Position numbers and translations under genes: made by a program
Shown here: positions 29,460 through 40,044 of the stretch, piece by piece
Numbering within the stretch: the first letter of the stretch is position 1
Layout: each line of letters opens with the position of its first letter
Origin: an uncultured Erysipelotrichaceae bacterium
Lineage (GTDB): Bacteria; Bacillota_I; Bacilli_A; RFN20; CAG-288
DNA: 64,000 bases
Assembly: GCA_902772915.1 (NCBI GenBank)
Contig: CACYCE010000020.1
Location: forward strand, 16,848 to 80,847
Direction of reading: 5' to 3'
The notes under the pieces: generated by a model
Databases searched by the model: none
Seen by the model: only the letters and a program-made list of their open reading frames with translations
What the model was told of the DNA's origin: nothing

Positions 29460-29978
29460 TTAATGAGGGAATTTAATCAATGATTCGTAAGGAGTTTTCT
29501 TAAATAAATCGCGACCTTTTAAGTCAGTTAATTCAATTAGAGTTAAAAGTCCGACGACTTCTCCACCCATCTCAGTGATGAGTTCTTCAACAGCTTTCAA
29601 AGTTCCACCAGTGGCGAGTAAATCGTCAACAACGCAGACTTTAACACCTTTTTTGATTGAAAATTCAGGAAGTTCAATAGTAGCGGTATTGTATTCTAAA
29701 GTATATGTTTTAGAGATGACTTTACCAGGTAATTTACCTTTCTTTCTAGCCATGACAAATCCCTTACCCATATATAATGCTAAAGGAGCACCAAAGACAA
29801 AGCCTCTAGATTCAGGTCCAACGATGATATCAGGGTTCCACTTTTCTGCGATTTCCGCCATTTTGGAAATGGTATATTTAAAAACTTCTCCGTCTCCTAA
29901 TAGAGGTGAGACATCCTTAAAAGAAATTCCTTCTTTAGGAAATCCTTCGGTAATTCCAATGTATTTTTCTAATTCCAT
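29460..29978 (-). CDS. apt: adenine phosphoribosyltransferase
   Basis: PRPP-binding motif VCVVDDLLATGGT. The start is moved to ATG 29978 (MELEKYIGI), which has an AAGGAG SD; the track's longer start lies upstream of that SD. Confidence 0.9.
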   Translation of the reverse strand: MELEKYIGITEGFPKEGISFKDVSPLLGDGEVFKYTISKMAEIAEKWNPDIIVGPESRGFVFGAPLALYMGKGFVMARKKGKLPGKVISKTYTLEYNTATIELPEFSIKKGVKVCVVDDLLATGGTLKAVEELITEMGGEVVGLLTLIELTDLKGRDLFKKTPYESLIKFPH

Positions 29979-30097
29979 AAAAAAACTCCTTAAAAACAAT
30001 AATTAGTATATCATATTTAATAACTTAAAGTTATTGATACTTAACATGATCTCATATTTAATTTCTAAAATTTGTTTTTTTGACTTATAATGAGGTC

Positions 30098-31015
30098 ATG
30101 ATAAAGATTATTGAACCTATAGGTTTTTGCAACGGAGTTAAAAGCGCAATCAAAAAAGTAGAGGAAGTTAGGGAAAAATATCCCAATAAGAAAATCGTCT
30201 TCCTCCATCCTTTTGTCCACAATGCTAAAACTCACAAGATGCTTTTAGATAAGGTAAAAGGTGAAGATTACGATCCCAACAAAGATCCCAAATATTATTT
30301 CGATTCATATTTCGTCTTCCCTGCCCACGGTTTTATTAAAAAAGAGCAACTTCTAGTGCATTACCTTATAGCTAATAGAATCGATTGTACATGTCCATTT
30401 TTAATCGCCTCAAAAGGTATGATGAAAAAAGATTTAAATAATGGTAAAACAGTTTATTTTATCGGGAAAGATACTCACGCTGAAACTCTTTCAGTCTTAG
30501 ATAGCGATCCTAGAATCAAATTTATTTCGGAAAAGAAGTTGAATAATTATGATTTCAATACTTTTAACGACGATAAAGCTGTAGCAATCTATCCCCAATC
30601 TACTCTATCTATGAGTGTGTATGATAAATTTACTGAAGCTATTAAAAAAAGAGATGATTCTGCAAAATTTAAATTTTTTCCTTTATGTCATGAATGTGTC
30701 GACCGCTGGAAGAAAGGTTTATCTCTAGATGAAGGTGAATTTAATTCTATCATCGTCATAGGTGATCAATCCTCTTCTAACGCTATCGAATTCTACAATA
30801 TGTTAAAGCAAAAATATGAAGATAAAAGCATATATCTAGTCCCTGATGTCGAGAAATTAAAAGAAATAATTGATGAAATTAACTTCTCTAATAACGTCTA
30901 TTTAGCAAGTGCGACTTCCGCTTCTAACGAAACAGTAGACGCCATAGAAAAAATCTTAAATAAAGCTTACAACAGACGTTTTATCAAAGCTTTTAAAAGA
31001 AACAAAAAAGCATAA
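30098..31015 (+). CDS. ispH: 4-hydroxy-3-methylbut-2-enyl diphosphate reductase (LytB)
   Basis: Blocks align to IspH: IEPIGFCNGV (Cys1), FLHPFVHN, PAHG, DCTCPF (Cys2), GKDTHAE, PQST, PLCHEC (Cys3), VIGDQSSSN, ASATSAS. The track's 30080 start is a TTG; ATG at 30098. Confidence 0.8.
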   Translation: MIKIIEPIGFCNGVKSAIKKVEEVREKYPNKKIVFLHPFVHNAKTHKMLLDKVKGEDYDPNKDPKYYFDSYFVFPAHGFIKKEQLLVHYLIANRIDCTCPFLIASKGMMKKDLNNGKTVYFIGKDTHAETLSVLDSDPRIKFISEKKLNNYDFNTFNDDKAVAIYPQSTLSMSVYDKFTEAIKKRDDSAKFKFFPLCHECVDRWKKGLSLDEGEFNSIIVIGDQSSSNAIEFYNMLKQKYEDKSIYLVPDVEKLKEIIDEINFSNNVYLASATSASNETVDAIEKILNKAYNRRFIKAFKRNKKA

Positions 31016-31046
31016 GCCTTAGATTTAAAAATAGTCTAAGGCTTTT
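31012..31046. terminator. bidirectional terminator shared by convergent ispH and trmK
   Basis: agccttaga-(13 nt)-tctaaggct, a perfect 9-bp stem, with a T-run on the plus strand and an A-run on the 5' side. It overlaps both stop codons. Confidence 0.75.
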
Positions 31047-31699
31047 AAAATTGTAGATTTTCTAGATTTTAATTTTTCATCTTCTCTATTCGATAGAATG
31101 TCATCAATTAGTTTTAATTGAGATATTAAATATTTTTTAAGAAGAGGGTCTTTATTGATCAAAGGATACTTGCCGTAAATTAGTTCTATTTCGTTCATTT
31201 CTTCTTGCCCGTGAGTCGCAATAATAATTGGATAGAAATGCTTAGATTCTTCGATATAGACTTCTTTGGCAATTTTAAAATTTAAAGAAATCAAAGTCAT
31301 TCTTAATAAATAGTAATCAGTTTGAGGTTCGAGGATGAATTTTTCAATAGAAGGAAGGATATCTTTAGATTCTTTAAGAATAGAAGAAATAGTATTTCCT
31401 CCCATTCCACATATAGCGACTTGTTTAATTTCCCTTTTTCCAACAACTTTAAGCCCATCACCAAAAAGTGGCTCTATTAAGCCGTTTAATTCATATTCAT
31501 TAATAGAATTAACTAACTTTTCATAAGGTCCTTTAATGACTTCAGAGGCGTAGATTTTACCTTGAAAACCTTTTTTATACAAGTAAATAGGAAGAAATCC
31601 GTGGTCACTTCCAACATCCAAAAAAGGTGAAATAGAAAAATCTATTTCTCTGTATATTTTTTCTAATCTAGGTGATAATTTAATCTCTTTTTTTCTCAT
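31025..31699 (-). CDS. trmK: tRNA (adenine22-N1)-methyltransferase TrmK (YqfN family)
   Basis: LDVGSDHGFLPIYL SAM-MTase motif with a TrmK-type C-terminal domain. Downstream of the sigA operon, as Bacillus yqfN is. Confidence 0.8.
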   Translation of the reverse strand: MRKKEIKLSPRLEKIYREIDFSISPFLDVGSDHGFLPIYLYKKGFQGKIYASEVIKGPYEKLVNSINEYELNGLIEPLFGDGLKVVGKREIKQVAICGMGGNTISSILKESKDILPSIEKFILEPQTDYYLLRMTLISLNFKIAKEVYIEESKHFYPIIIATHGQEEMNEIELIYGKYPLINKDPLLKKYLISQLKLIDDILSNREDEKLKSRKSTILKALDYF

Positions 31700-32540
31700 T
31701 AGTTAAATATTCTTTAAGTTTTTTATTAGCCTCTAAATAAATTTGGTTAGCTCTTTGTTTAGTTTTACCAATCTTCTCTCCTATAGCGGAAAAAGATATC
31801 TTAGAATCTTGTAAACGCATAGAGAGAACTTGATATTCGACATCATTTAAAACGGCCTTCATAGCTTGAAGAATCTCTGAGCTAGAATATTCTTGTTCCT
31901 CTTCTTCATTAGATTCATCAGAATAATATTCATATTTATCTTTATCATCGTCATCGCTCTTATCTAGAGATTCAAATTTAGGCTCTAAAATAAGTTGAGT
32001 TTCAATCCATTCAGGAGTGACATTTTCTTTGTATTCTCTAGCTATTTCTTCGTAAGTAGGTTCCCTATTGTATTTTTGAGTTAATTCAGCGCTAATCTTC
32101 TTGATTTTTCTTAATTGAGCCTTATATTTTTCAGGTAATTTTATCATAGATTTATTGTTACCTAACTTCTTTAATATCTCAGTTTTAATACAGGAAGTTG
32201 CAAATGTTGAAAAACGCAAACCTTTAGTATAGTCGTAATTATTTGCTGCATCGCATAATCCTTGGTAACCATCTTGAATTAAATCATCTAAAACTAGCGA
32301 ATTATCGCTCATAATAAAACCTTTAGCGATGGAATGAACAAGTCTAAGATTAGAACAAATCAGTTTATTTCTCGCTTCTTCGGCTTCTTGTTTATTACCA
32401 GTTGCAATGATTTTACCTAGTTCTAATTCTTCTTCTTTGCTTAAAAGAGGATATTTAGAGATTTCACTACTCAAAAAAGGGCTTAGTGACCCGTAGGAAG
32501 AATTATAGATGTAGTTAATCTTATCTTTAGAATTGCCCAT
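31680..32540 (-). CDS. divergent sigma-70 family RNA polymerase sigma factor (second sigma gene directly downstream of rpoD)
   Basis: Region 2 (DLIQDGYQGLCDAANNYDYTKGLRFSTFATSCIKTEIL; rpoD has [37 protein letters not shown]), an acidic insert, and a region-4 HTH (SFSAIGEKIGKTKQRANQIYLEANKKL). The start is ambiguous: TTG at 32576 or ATG at 32540. Confidence 0.65.
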   Translation of the reverse strand: MGNSKDKINYIYNSSYGSLSPFLSSEISKYPLLSKEEELELGKIIATGNKQEAEEARNKLICSNLRLVHSIAKGFIMSDNSLVLDDLIQDGYQGLCDAANNYDYTKGLRFSTFATSCIKTEILKKLGNNKSMIKLPEKYKAQLRKIKKISAELTQKYNREPTYEEIAREYKENVTPEWIETQLILEPKFESLDKSDDDDKDKYEYYSDESNEEEEQEYSSSEILQAMKAVLNDVEYQVLSMRLQDSKISFSAIGEKIGKTKQRANQIYLEANKKLKEYLTNEKKRD

Positions 32541-32625
32541 GTAGATATTATAGACTTCAGATATTGCAAAATACAAATTAACTACAGTTAATAATCTAGG
32601 TTTTATAAGCCCTTTTTGACAATTT

Positions 32626-34056
32626 TTATAAATTAGAATCGTCTAGATAATCCTTGAGTTGTTTAGAACGAGCAGGATGTCTTAATTTCTTGATAGCTTT
32701 AGCTTCAATTTGTCTGATTCTCTCTCTTGTGACGCCAAATTCTTTACCGACTTCTTCAAGAGTGTGATTTCTACCATCATCTAAACCGTATCTAAGTCTA
32801 ATGACTCTTTCTTCTCTATCGGTTAATTCAGTTAAGACTTCATTTAATTTATCCTTCAATAAAGAGGTATTAGCGTGCTTGACAGGAGATTCAGATTCCT
32901 TATCTTCAATAAAGTCACCAACGTGGCTATCTTCTTCTTCACCGACAGGTTTTTCCATAGAGATAGGATCAGTGGCGATAAGTTGAATTTCTCTAATTTT
33001 TTCTTCGCTTAAATTTAAGCCATTTTTAGCCAATTCATCAGAGATTTCTTGAGCGGTAGGATCTCTGTTTAACTTTTGAACTAATTGACGAGAAGTTCTT
33101 TGAATCTTGTTGATAGTTTCAACCATGTGGACGGGTATTCTAATAGTTCTAGCTTGATCAGCTAAAGCACGAGTAATAGCTTGTCTAATCCACCAAGTAG
33201 CGTAAGTTGAGAATTTATATCCCTTCTTGTAATCGAATTTATCGACCGCTTTCATTAAACCGATGTTACCTTCTTGAATTAAATCTAAGAATTGCATACC
33301 GCGGTTAACATAATGCTTAGCAATAGAAATAACTAATTTTAAGTTGCAGTTAGTTAGTTCTTCTTTAGCTAAAGCTCCATCTTCCCCACCGGCTTCAATT
33401 CTTTTAGCGATTGCAACTTCCTCTTCTTTAGTCTTTAAGACCCTATATTTACCGATTTCTCTTAAATATTGCTTAACAGGATCGGAATTGTGGAAGTCGT
33501 CATAATCACTAGTAATGGGAGTCGAAGTTGATTTAGGACGTCCTTTTTTAACTTTAGGAACATATTCAACGATGTTATCTTCATCAGCTAAACCATCATC
33601 AATAGAATCGTCGATAGCTTCCAATTCCTCATCGGTGATATCTTCTTCTTCGATATCCTCATCAGAATCGGGATATTCCTCTTCGAACATCTCATCTTCT
33701 TCAACTAAAACACCTTTTTCTCTAGCGTAGTCAAAAAGAGCTGAAAATTCTTCGTCGGAGATATCTAATTCGGTCATAGCATTCAAGATGTCATCTTGAG
33801 TTAATTTTCCGTTTTTCTTAGATTTACTCTTCTTTAAGATAATTTCTTTCCAATCATTCAATTGGTTACCTTTGGCTTCTTCTTCAGCGTATTCTTCGTC
33901 AGAAACCATTAATTTATTTGATAATTTTTTACCTTTTTTCTTAGATTTAGGCGACTTTTCTTCATCTTCTTCAAGATCTAAGTAACCTTCGTCATCTAAG
34001 ACAACAGTATCATCATCTTCTTCAAATTCTTCTTCAACTTTCTTTTTACGACCCAT
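32626..34056 (-). CDS. rpoD: RNA polymerase primary sigma factor
   Basis: 476 aa. Acidic region 1.1; regions 2 to 4 canonical ([14 protein letters not shown]; [15 protein letters not shown]...[20 protein letters not shown]). Confidence 0.9.
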   Translation of the reverse strand: MGRKKKVEEEFEEDDDTVVLDDEGYLDLEEDEEKSPKSKKKGKKLSNKLMVSDEEYAEEEAKGNQLNDWKEIILKKSKSKKNGKLTQDDILNAMTELDISDEEFSALFDYAREKGVLVEEDEMFEEEYPDSDEDIEEEDITDEELEAIDDSIDDGLADEDNIVEYVPKVKKGRPKSTSTPITSDYDDFHNSDPVKQYLREIGKYRVLKTKEEEVAIAKRIEAGGEDGALAKEELTNCNLKLVISIAKHYVNRGMQFLDLIQEGNIGLMKAVDKFDYKKGYKFSTYATWWIRQAITRALADQARTIRIPVHMVETINKIQRTSRQLVQKLNRDPTAQEISDELAKNGLNLSEEKIREIQLIATDPISMEKPVGEEEDSHVGDFIEDKESESPVKHANTSLLKDKLNEVLTELTDREERVIRLRYGLDDGRNHTLEEVGKEFGVTRERIRQIEAKAIKKLRHPARSKQLKDYLDDSNL

Positions 34057-34064
34057 AAAACCCC

Positions 34065-35945
34065 CTATCTAGTCTTTCGAGCTTTTTTTAACTCGTTTTC
34101 ATATTTGAGGGTGAATTTCTTATGACGAGTTAGCAACATATCGCAAACCATCTTGTCAAATACATCACCATTAGCAGGCATCTTGCAAGCGAAAATTCGT
34201 TCACAAATTTCTAGTGATTGCACCTTCTGTCTTTTACATTTATTTAATTCATTCTTGTTATCAGAATTATACTCTATGCAGAAGGATTCATATTCATTGA
34301 TTTTGCCTTCGAAATAGTCTTTATCTTCCCTCAATATATATTTTACGCCCTGCGTCAAATTATCTTTATAATAATCTCCAATATATCCCATAAAGAGGTT
34401 GAAAACATCATATCCAAAAATAAAATGAGCTGAGACAAAATAATCGAATTTTTCCTTACAAGTGAGCATTTCAATTAAGATTTGAGTTTCCGTGTTCATT
34501 AACGACCTCTTATTAAGAGATAATTTAACTTCTGGTATTACCTTACTCACATAGCTTCCTATAGCGGAATATATATCAATTTTTTCTAAATTTGAATGGA
34601 CGTGAACGCTATGTTCAATCTCTTTTTTTTCTACTCTATTCTTGTTTTTTACAAAATCGTAGTCTTTCATATAAGAGACTATTATCTCTCTTTTCATATC
34701 AAAAGAAGTAGAAATTTCATCAATAATCAATTCTCTAGCTAACTTAGAGCTAGGTAAATAAGGCATATATTTTGATAAGAAGGCCTCTTTTTTCTCGAGA
34801 GTATCTAAGAGATTCCTTTCAGTTAAATATCTTAAAGAGTGAGAAAGAGGCAAATCTAAGCTATTTATTTGATTAATTAATTCTTCTTTCCCTAAGGCAT
34901 TTAAAACCTCATCAGCATCTTTGCCCCCTCTGAAAGGAGAAACGACTTTAAAGGAAATTCCTTCTTTTAAAAACACAGGTATATTCTTATTTTCTGCTAA
35001 TTGTCCCGCTTCATCAGAATCCAAGCAAAGTCTGATTTCTACACCTAAATTTTTAAATAAAGAAATGTGCTCTTTAGTTATTGCTGTACCCATAATAGCT
35101 ACAGAAGAAGTTATATTTGCTCTATATAAAGCTATAACATCCATAAAGCCTTCAACAACGTAGAGATAACCGTCCCTTTTGCAAGTTTTCTTAGCGTTGT
35201 TGTAATTATATAGCAAAGTGGACTTATTGAAGATTTCGGATTCAGGTGAATTGACATATTTTCCTAGAGATTCATCACCCTTTTTATACCTACGACCAGA
35301 AAAACCAACTATATCCCCTTCAATATTAGAGACTGGGAACATAATTCTATCTTCGTAGCGATCAACAATATCGTGAGATGACAAAAGTCCAGCTTTACTA
35401 AGCAATTCTATAGAATAATTTTCTTTCTTAGTAAGGTAAGAAATTGATTTTTTAGTATCAAGAGGAGCATAACCTAGATTGAAATGATTAATAACATCTT
35501 CATCTAATCCACGCTCTAAAAGATACAATTTAGCTTCATGGCCTTGGTTAGTCGCTAAAGAAAAGTGATAAAAATCAGCCAATTTACTCACAGCTTCTAG
35601 TTCTTTACCATTCTTCTTCTCTCTTAAAGGTTTCTTTTTGTAATTTAAGAAAGATTGTGGTAGATCTAGATGACAAATTTCACATACTTTTTTTACAGCA
35701 TCAACCCAAGAACATTTCTCAATCTTCTCTACAAAGGTAACAGGATGACCACCTTCATTGCAAACGAAGCATTTGAAGATATTCTTCTCCACGTTTATTT
35801 GCATTGAAGGATCAGTGTCATTGTGAAAAGGACAGATAGCTTTGTAATTCTTACCATTTTTAATCACTTTGCAGTAGTAACTAACAACGTCAAGAATCTT
35901 AGCTTGTTTCAAAACTTCATTGATTTCATCAAAGTTAAAAGACAT
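34065..35945 (-). CDS. dnaG: DNA primase
   Basis: Zinc finger [13 protein letters not shown]...CFVCNEGG; TOPRIM (EGFMDVIAL...DSDEAG). The start is set at ATG 35945 (MSFNF), preceded by an AGGAGG SD; the track's longer start translates that SD. Confidence 0.9.
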   Translation of the reverse strand: MSFNFDEINEVLKQAKILDVVSYYCKVIKNGKNYKAICPFHNDTDPSMQINVEKNIFKCFVCNEGGHPVTFVEKIEKCSWVDAVKKVCEICHLDLPQSFLNYKKKPLREKKNGKELEAVSKLADFYHFSLATNQGHEAKLYLLERGLDEDVINHFNLGYAPLDTKKSISYLTKKENYSIELLSKAGLLSSHDIVDRYEDRIMFPVSNIEGDIVGFSGRRYKKGDESLGKYVNSPESEIFNKSTLLYNYNNAKKTCKRDGYLYVVEGFMDVIALYRANITSSVAIMGTAITKEHISLFKNLGVEIRLCLDSDEAGQLAENKNIPVFLKEGISFKVVSPFRGGKDADEVLNALGKEELINQINSLDLPLSHSLRYLTERNLLDTLEKKEAFLSKYMPYLPSSKLARELIIDEISTSFDMKREIIVSYMKDYDFVKNKNRVEKKEIEHSVHVHSNLEKIDIYSAIGSYVSKVIPEVKLSLNKRSLMNTETQILIEMLTCKEKFDYFVSAHFIFGYDVFNLFMGYIGDYYKDNLTQGVKYILREDKDYFEGKINEYESFCIEYNSDNKNELNKCKRQKVQSLEICERIFACKMPANGDVFDKMVCDMLLTRHKKFTLKYENELKKARKTR

Positions 35946-36010
35946 GTCAATTCCTCCTTTCAAGTGATAAATAGTATATTTTTAGTAGTTTCTTTGTAGT
36001 TTCTTTATTT

Positions 36011-37408
36011 TTATTTAGTTAATTGCTCTTTTAGATAACTATTTAGTTCAGAAATCTTAATTCTAACTTGTTCCATAGAATCACGCTCTCTGACAGTTAC
36101 AGAATCATCTTCTTCAGATTGGAAATCATAAGTAATACAGTAAGGTGTACCTATAGCATCTTCCCTTCTATATCTCTTACCAATAGAGCCAGTTTGATCG
36201 AAGACGACATCAAAATCTTTTGCTAATAAGGACCACAATTTATCTTTAGCTTGATCAACTAATTTATTAGATAAAGGTAAGATAGCTGCAGTATAAGGAG
36301 CGAGCTTCTTATCTAATCTAAGAACAATTCTCTTTTCTCCTCCGACTTCTTCTTCATCGTAAGCGTCGCAGAATAAGGCTAGTAATAATCTGTCACAACC
36401 GAATGAAGGTTCAATAACATGAGGAATGTATCTAGTATTATCTTCAGGATCCAAGTAAGTTAAGTCTTGACTAGAGGCATTTTGATGTCTAGATAAGTCG
36501 TAATTAGTTCTAGAAGCAATTCCCATCAATTCTCCCCAACCTAACGACGGGAAGAAATATTCTATATCAGTAGTACCTTTAGAATAGAAAGCTAATTCAG
36601 TGGGTTCGTGATCTCTGTATCTAAGATAATCAGGTTTCAAACCTACTTTTTCGACAAAGGATAAGCACTCTTGTTTCCAATAATCAAAGTATTTTGCGTC
36701 ATTTTCATCGCTAGGTTTGTAGAAGAATTCAATTTCCATTTGAGTAAATTCTCTAGTTCTGAAGGTGAAATTACCCGGAGTTATTTCATTTCTAAAGGCT
36801 TTTCCTATATCGCATATACCAAAAGGTAATTTGGCTCTAGCAGTTCTTTGGACGTTTTTAAAATTGACGAATAATCCTTGAGCTGTTTCAGGTCTTAAAT
36901 AAGCTTCTGAAGAAGAATCTTCAGTAACACCTATAAAAGTCTTAAACATCATTTGGAATTGTCTTATAGGAGTGAAAGAAGTTGAATCGCAGGAAGGACA
37001 TTTAATCTCTCCAGATTGAATTAAATCGTTCATCTCTTTGCTAGTCAATCCATCGACATCTAATTCGGGCTTATTTTCTTTAATTAATTTGTCAGCTCTA
37101 AATCTCTCGTGGCAATGTTTGCAGTCAACTAAAGGATCGTGGAAGTTATCTACGTGTCCAGTAGCCTTCCAAACTTTAGGATTCATAATAATCGCAGGGT
37201 CGATTTCATAAACGTTCATCTTTTCTCTAACGAAATGCTGTCTCCAGACGTTTCTAAGGTGGTTTTCTACTAAAGTACCTAATTGACCATAATCCCAAGT
37301 GTTAGATAAACCGCCGTATATCTCACTAGAAGGATATAAGAATCCTGAAGTTACTAAATGAGTTGTAATAGTTTCAAAACTGTATTTTCTTTTTAAATCT
37401 TCTTTCAT
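36011..37408 (-). CDS. glyQS: glycyl-tRNA synthetase (single-chain class II, GlyQS type)
   Basis: 465 aa. ITTHLVTSGFLYPSSEIYGGLSNTWDYG is the typical dimeric GlyRS N-terminus; the C-terminal anticodon domain is present. Confidence 0.9.
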   Translation of the reverse strand: MKEDLKRKYSFETITTHLVTSGFLYPSSEIYGGLSNTWDYGQLGTLVENHLRNVWRQHFVREKMNVYEIDPAIIMNPKVWKATGHVDNFHDPLVDCKHCHERFRADKLIKENKPELDVDGLTSKEMNDLIQSGEIKCPSCDSTSFTPIRQFQMMFKTFIGVTEDSSSEAYLRPETAQGLFVNFKNVQRTARAKLPFGICDIGKAFRNEITPGNFTFRTREFTQMEIEFFYKPSDENDAKYFDYWKQECLSFVEKVGLKPDYLRYRDHEPTELAFYSKGTTDIEYFFPSLGWGELMGIASRTNYDLSRHQNASSQDLTYLDPEDNTRYIPHVIEPSFGCDRLLLALFCDAYDEEEVGGEKRIVLRLDKKLAPYTAAILPLSNKLVDQAKDKLWSLLAKDFDVVFDQTGSIGKRYRREDAIGTPYCITYDFQSEEDDSVTVRERDSMEQVRIKISELNSYLKEQLTK

Positions 37409-37460
37409 ATTAATTCCTTTCGAATAAATTAAATCATATCTATTATGAACTAATTTTCTT

Positions 37461-38213
37461 TTATTTATTACCTTTTTTTCTGTTTTCTAGATACATATCT
37501 AAGGATTTAATTTCCGTTGATAGTTGCTCGAATAAGAAATGTCTTTCTTCTTCTAAGACCCTTAAACAACTAGCTTCAGGTAATTGCGTCTTTTTCATCC
37601 TCATTTCATCAACCATGAAGATATAGCGAAGGACTTTAAGATAGTTGTTATCTTCTTTTATAGTCATCAATTCTTGGGCACAATGAGAACAAAGATATCC
37701 ACCTTCATCCCAAGAAAAGGAGATGATATTATTTTTCTTCCCGCAGTTGACACAACCTCCTGTCTCCGGTTCATAACCCAAGTATCTAATAACACTAGAA
37801 GTGAAGATTAAGACTAAAGTTAAGGTATCAAAGCCTTCATTCACCCCTTCTAAGAACTTTTCGTAATAGAGATAAGGTATTTCTCGATCTCTATCTTGGA
37901 AAAACTTAATTAAAAGTTCGTTAGCAACTTGAATAGCTAAACTTTTCTTTAAATCCTCATAGGTTGAAGTGTAATTAATTAAAGTCTTAGTCTGTAAAGC
38001 TACTAAGAATGAGGAAGATAGTTCCATGCAATCAATATGAACTTTATTGAAAATCAAAGTAGATAGGTGATTTTTAGATTTTACATCGTAACCTGAAGGA
38101 ACTTTGATGCTGATTTTCCATTCTTTAGTAAGAAGCGAAATTATAGCATCTTTTTCTCCGTATTTAGATGAAGAGAGGACATAGCCTTCTAATTCAGTTA
38201 ATTTTGTAGGCAT
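37461..38213 (-). CDS. recO: DNA repair protein RecO
   Basis: 250 aa with an OB-fold N-terminus (LEGYVLSSSKYGEKDAIISLLT) and a zinc motif CVNCGKKN...CSHC. era-recO order as in Bacillus. Confidence 0.8.
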   Translation of the reverse strand: MPTKLTELEGYVLSSSKYGEKDAIISLLTKEWKISIKVPSGYDVKSKNHLSTLIFNKVHIDCMELSSSFLVALQTKTLINYTSTYEDLKKSLAIQVANELLIKFFQDRDREIPYLYYEKFLEGVNEGFDTLTLVLIFTSSVIRYLGYEPETGGCVNCGKKNNIISFSWDEGGYLCSHCAQELMTIKEDNNYLKVLRYIFMVDEMRMKKTQLPEASCLRVLEEERHFLFEQLSTEIKSLDMYLENRKKGNK

Positions 38214-39094
38214 TATCTATCCTTGTATCCATATTCTTGGAGCTTAGCGGGGTTATTTCTCCAATCAGGGACGACTTTAACGTAGAGTTCAAGAGCGACT
38301 TTCTCTTGCATAAAATTAGAAATAGAATGTTCAGCGTGCTTTCTAATTAACGAGAGTTTTTGACCGTTCCTTCCTATAATTATGGCTTTCTCTGAAGGCT
38401 TCTCAACAATGATATCTGCAAAGATTACTTTTTTACCTAAATCAGGATTATCTTCAACATGAGTGATTTCCACATGAACGGCATGAGGAATCTCTTTTTC
38501 AGTATTAATCATGCACTTTTCTCTAATCATCTCCGCCCAGACAAATCTAGTTGGTCTATCGATTAGTTGATCTTCAGGATACAATAAATCCCCTTCTTCT
38601 AAATGTTTTTTGATGGCATTAAGCAATTCATCTACTCCGAATTTCTTCAAAGCTGACATTTGGATAAATTCTGCGTTAGGAAGAATCTTAGAATATTCAC
38701 TTAATCTTTCCATTCCCTCTTCTAGAGAAATTTTATCTATCTTATTGAAGACTACGATAACAGGTATATTCATCTTAGAAATCTTAGAAGCAGTTTCAGT
38801 ATCGATTCTTCTATAAGAGCCATCGACAACGTAAACTAATACATCCACGTTACTTCTAGCATCCTCAGCTTCTTGAAGTAAGATACTTCCTAATCTCCCG
38901 TGAGGGCGATGTAAACCAGGAGTATCGATAAAGATTATTTGAGAATCGCTATCGGTGTAAATGCCTTGAACATTGTATCTAGTAGTTTGAGGTTTAGGAG
39001 AGACCGCCTCTATTTTTAAGCCTAAAATCGCATTTAATAAGGTAGATTTACCAGCGTTAGCTAGTCCGTATAAACAAGCGTAGCCGACTTTCAT
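38213..39094 (-). CDS. era: GTPase Era
   Basis: GLANAGKSTLLN (G1), DTPG (G3), NKID (G4), and a C-terminal KH domain. Confidence 0.9.
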   Translation of the reverse strand: MKVGYACLYGLANAGKSTLLNAILGLKIEAVSPKPQTTRYNVQGIYTDSDSQIIFIDTPGLHRPHGRLGSILLQEAEDARSNVDVLVYVVDGSYRRIDTETASKISKMNIPVIVVFNKIDKISLEEGMERLSEYSKILPNAEFIQMSALKKFGVDELLNAIKKHLEEGDLLYPEDQLIDRPTRFVWAEMIREKCMINTEKEIPHAVHVEITHVEDNPDLGKKVIFADIIVEKPSEKAIIIGRNGQKLSLIRKHAEHSISNFMQEKVALELYVKVVPDWRNNPAKLQEYGYKDR

Positions 39095-39097
39095 AGA

Positions 39098-39535
39098 TTA
39101 GTTTTTCTCCTTTAAATCAGAAGAGGAGAAAATACCAGGCATACAATCTTTAACTTGCCAAATTTTATATTCACCTTCTTTGTTGAAGATGACAATGTGA
39201 CATTCTAAAGGCAATAATTCAACCATAACTTGGCGGCAAGCTCCACAAGGCCAGGCGTAAGAATTAAAATCCGCAGCGATGCCAATAACTAATTGGTCTT
39301 CCTTTTTTACGTTGTTAATTCTCGCGTTGAACATAGCAGTTCTTTCTGCGCACATTGTTAAGCCATAAGAGGCATTTTCAATATTAGAACCGTAATATTT
39401 AGCTCCAGTAGCAGAAATAATACAAGCTCCAACTCTATTTTGAGAATAGGGTGAATATGAAATATCTAAGGCTTTTTTACAATCTAAAAACAATTCTTGA
39501 ATATCTTTTTTTGAATTTACATCGAAAGTTCTCAT
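39098..39535 (-). CDS. cdd: cytidine deaminase
   Basis: CAERTAM...PCGACRQVM zinc-binding motifs. 145 aa. Confidence 0.85.
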   Translation of the reverse strand: MRTFDVNSKKDIQELFLDCKKALDISYSPYSQNRVGACIISATGAKYYGSNIENASYGLTMCAERTAMFNARINNVKKEDQLVIGIAADFNSYAWPCGACRQVMVELLPLECHIVIFNKEGEYKIWQVKDCMPGIFSSSDLKEKN

Positions 39536-40005
39536 CTTTTTATCTCCTTGTAATCGTATTTAAATGAATTTAAGATTGCGTTTTGTAAAGCAAACATTTC
39601 TTCCGCTTCTTTTTCTTCCATATGGTCATATCCGGATAAGTGCAAGAATCCGTGGATGAATAAGAAAGCTATTTCTCTTTCTACTGGATGCGAATAGAAT
39701 TCAGCTTGTTTAATAGCTGTATCGATAGAAATAATTATTTCTCCCATATCATCAATAGGAGTTTCCCCATCAGAATCATCATCGTTATAAGCAAAGGATA
39801 TGACATCGGTAGGGCGATCAATCTTGCGATATTCTTTATTAATTTTATGAATAGTCTTATCGTCAACTATAGTGGTTGAAAGAGAAATCGTCTTATCTTT
39901 ATGAATAAATTGAAGAATGTGCTCAAGTAGCAAAGTAGTCATCTTTTTAAGTTCTTTTTTTGAAGAACTTGCTTGGTCTGAAAAGTAATATTCGTATTTT
40001 CCCAT
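39532..40005 (-). CDS. ybeY: rRNA maturation endoribonuclease YbeY
   Basis: HGFLHLSGYDH metal-binding motif. 157 aa. Confidence 0.9.
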   Translation of the reverse strand: MGKYEYYFSDQASSSKKELKKMTTLLLEHILQFIHKDKTISLSTTIVDDKTIHKINKEYRKIDRPTDVISFAYNDDDSDGETPIDDMGEIIISIDTAIKQAEFYSHPVEREIAFLFIHGFLHLSGYDHMEEKEAEEMFALQNAILNSFKYDYKEIKR

Positions 40006-40044
40006 AATAAAAATTTCGATACGTTAGTATTATAGCACTTTGAT

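Noticed and set aside
29575-30006. 143-aa plus-strand ORF antisense to apt
   Set aside because: It overlaps the conserved apt CDS end to end. It is Ser/Pro-rich as expected from the antisense of an AT-rich gene, and it has no start context.
30063-30098. Possible leaderless ispH mRNA (TATAAT 30086-30091, 7 nt before the ATG)
   Set aside because: The -35 match is poor (TTCTAA), and GAGG just upstream of the ATG could equally act as a short-spaced SD. This is too speculative without TSS data.
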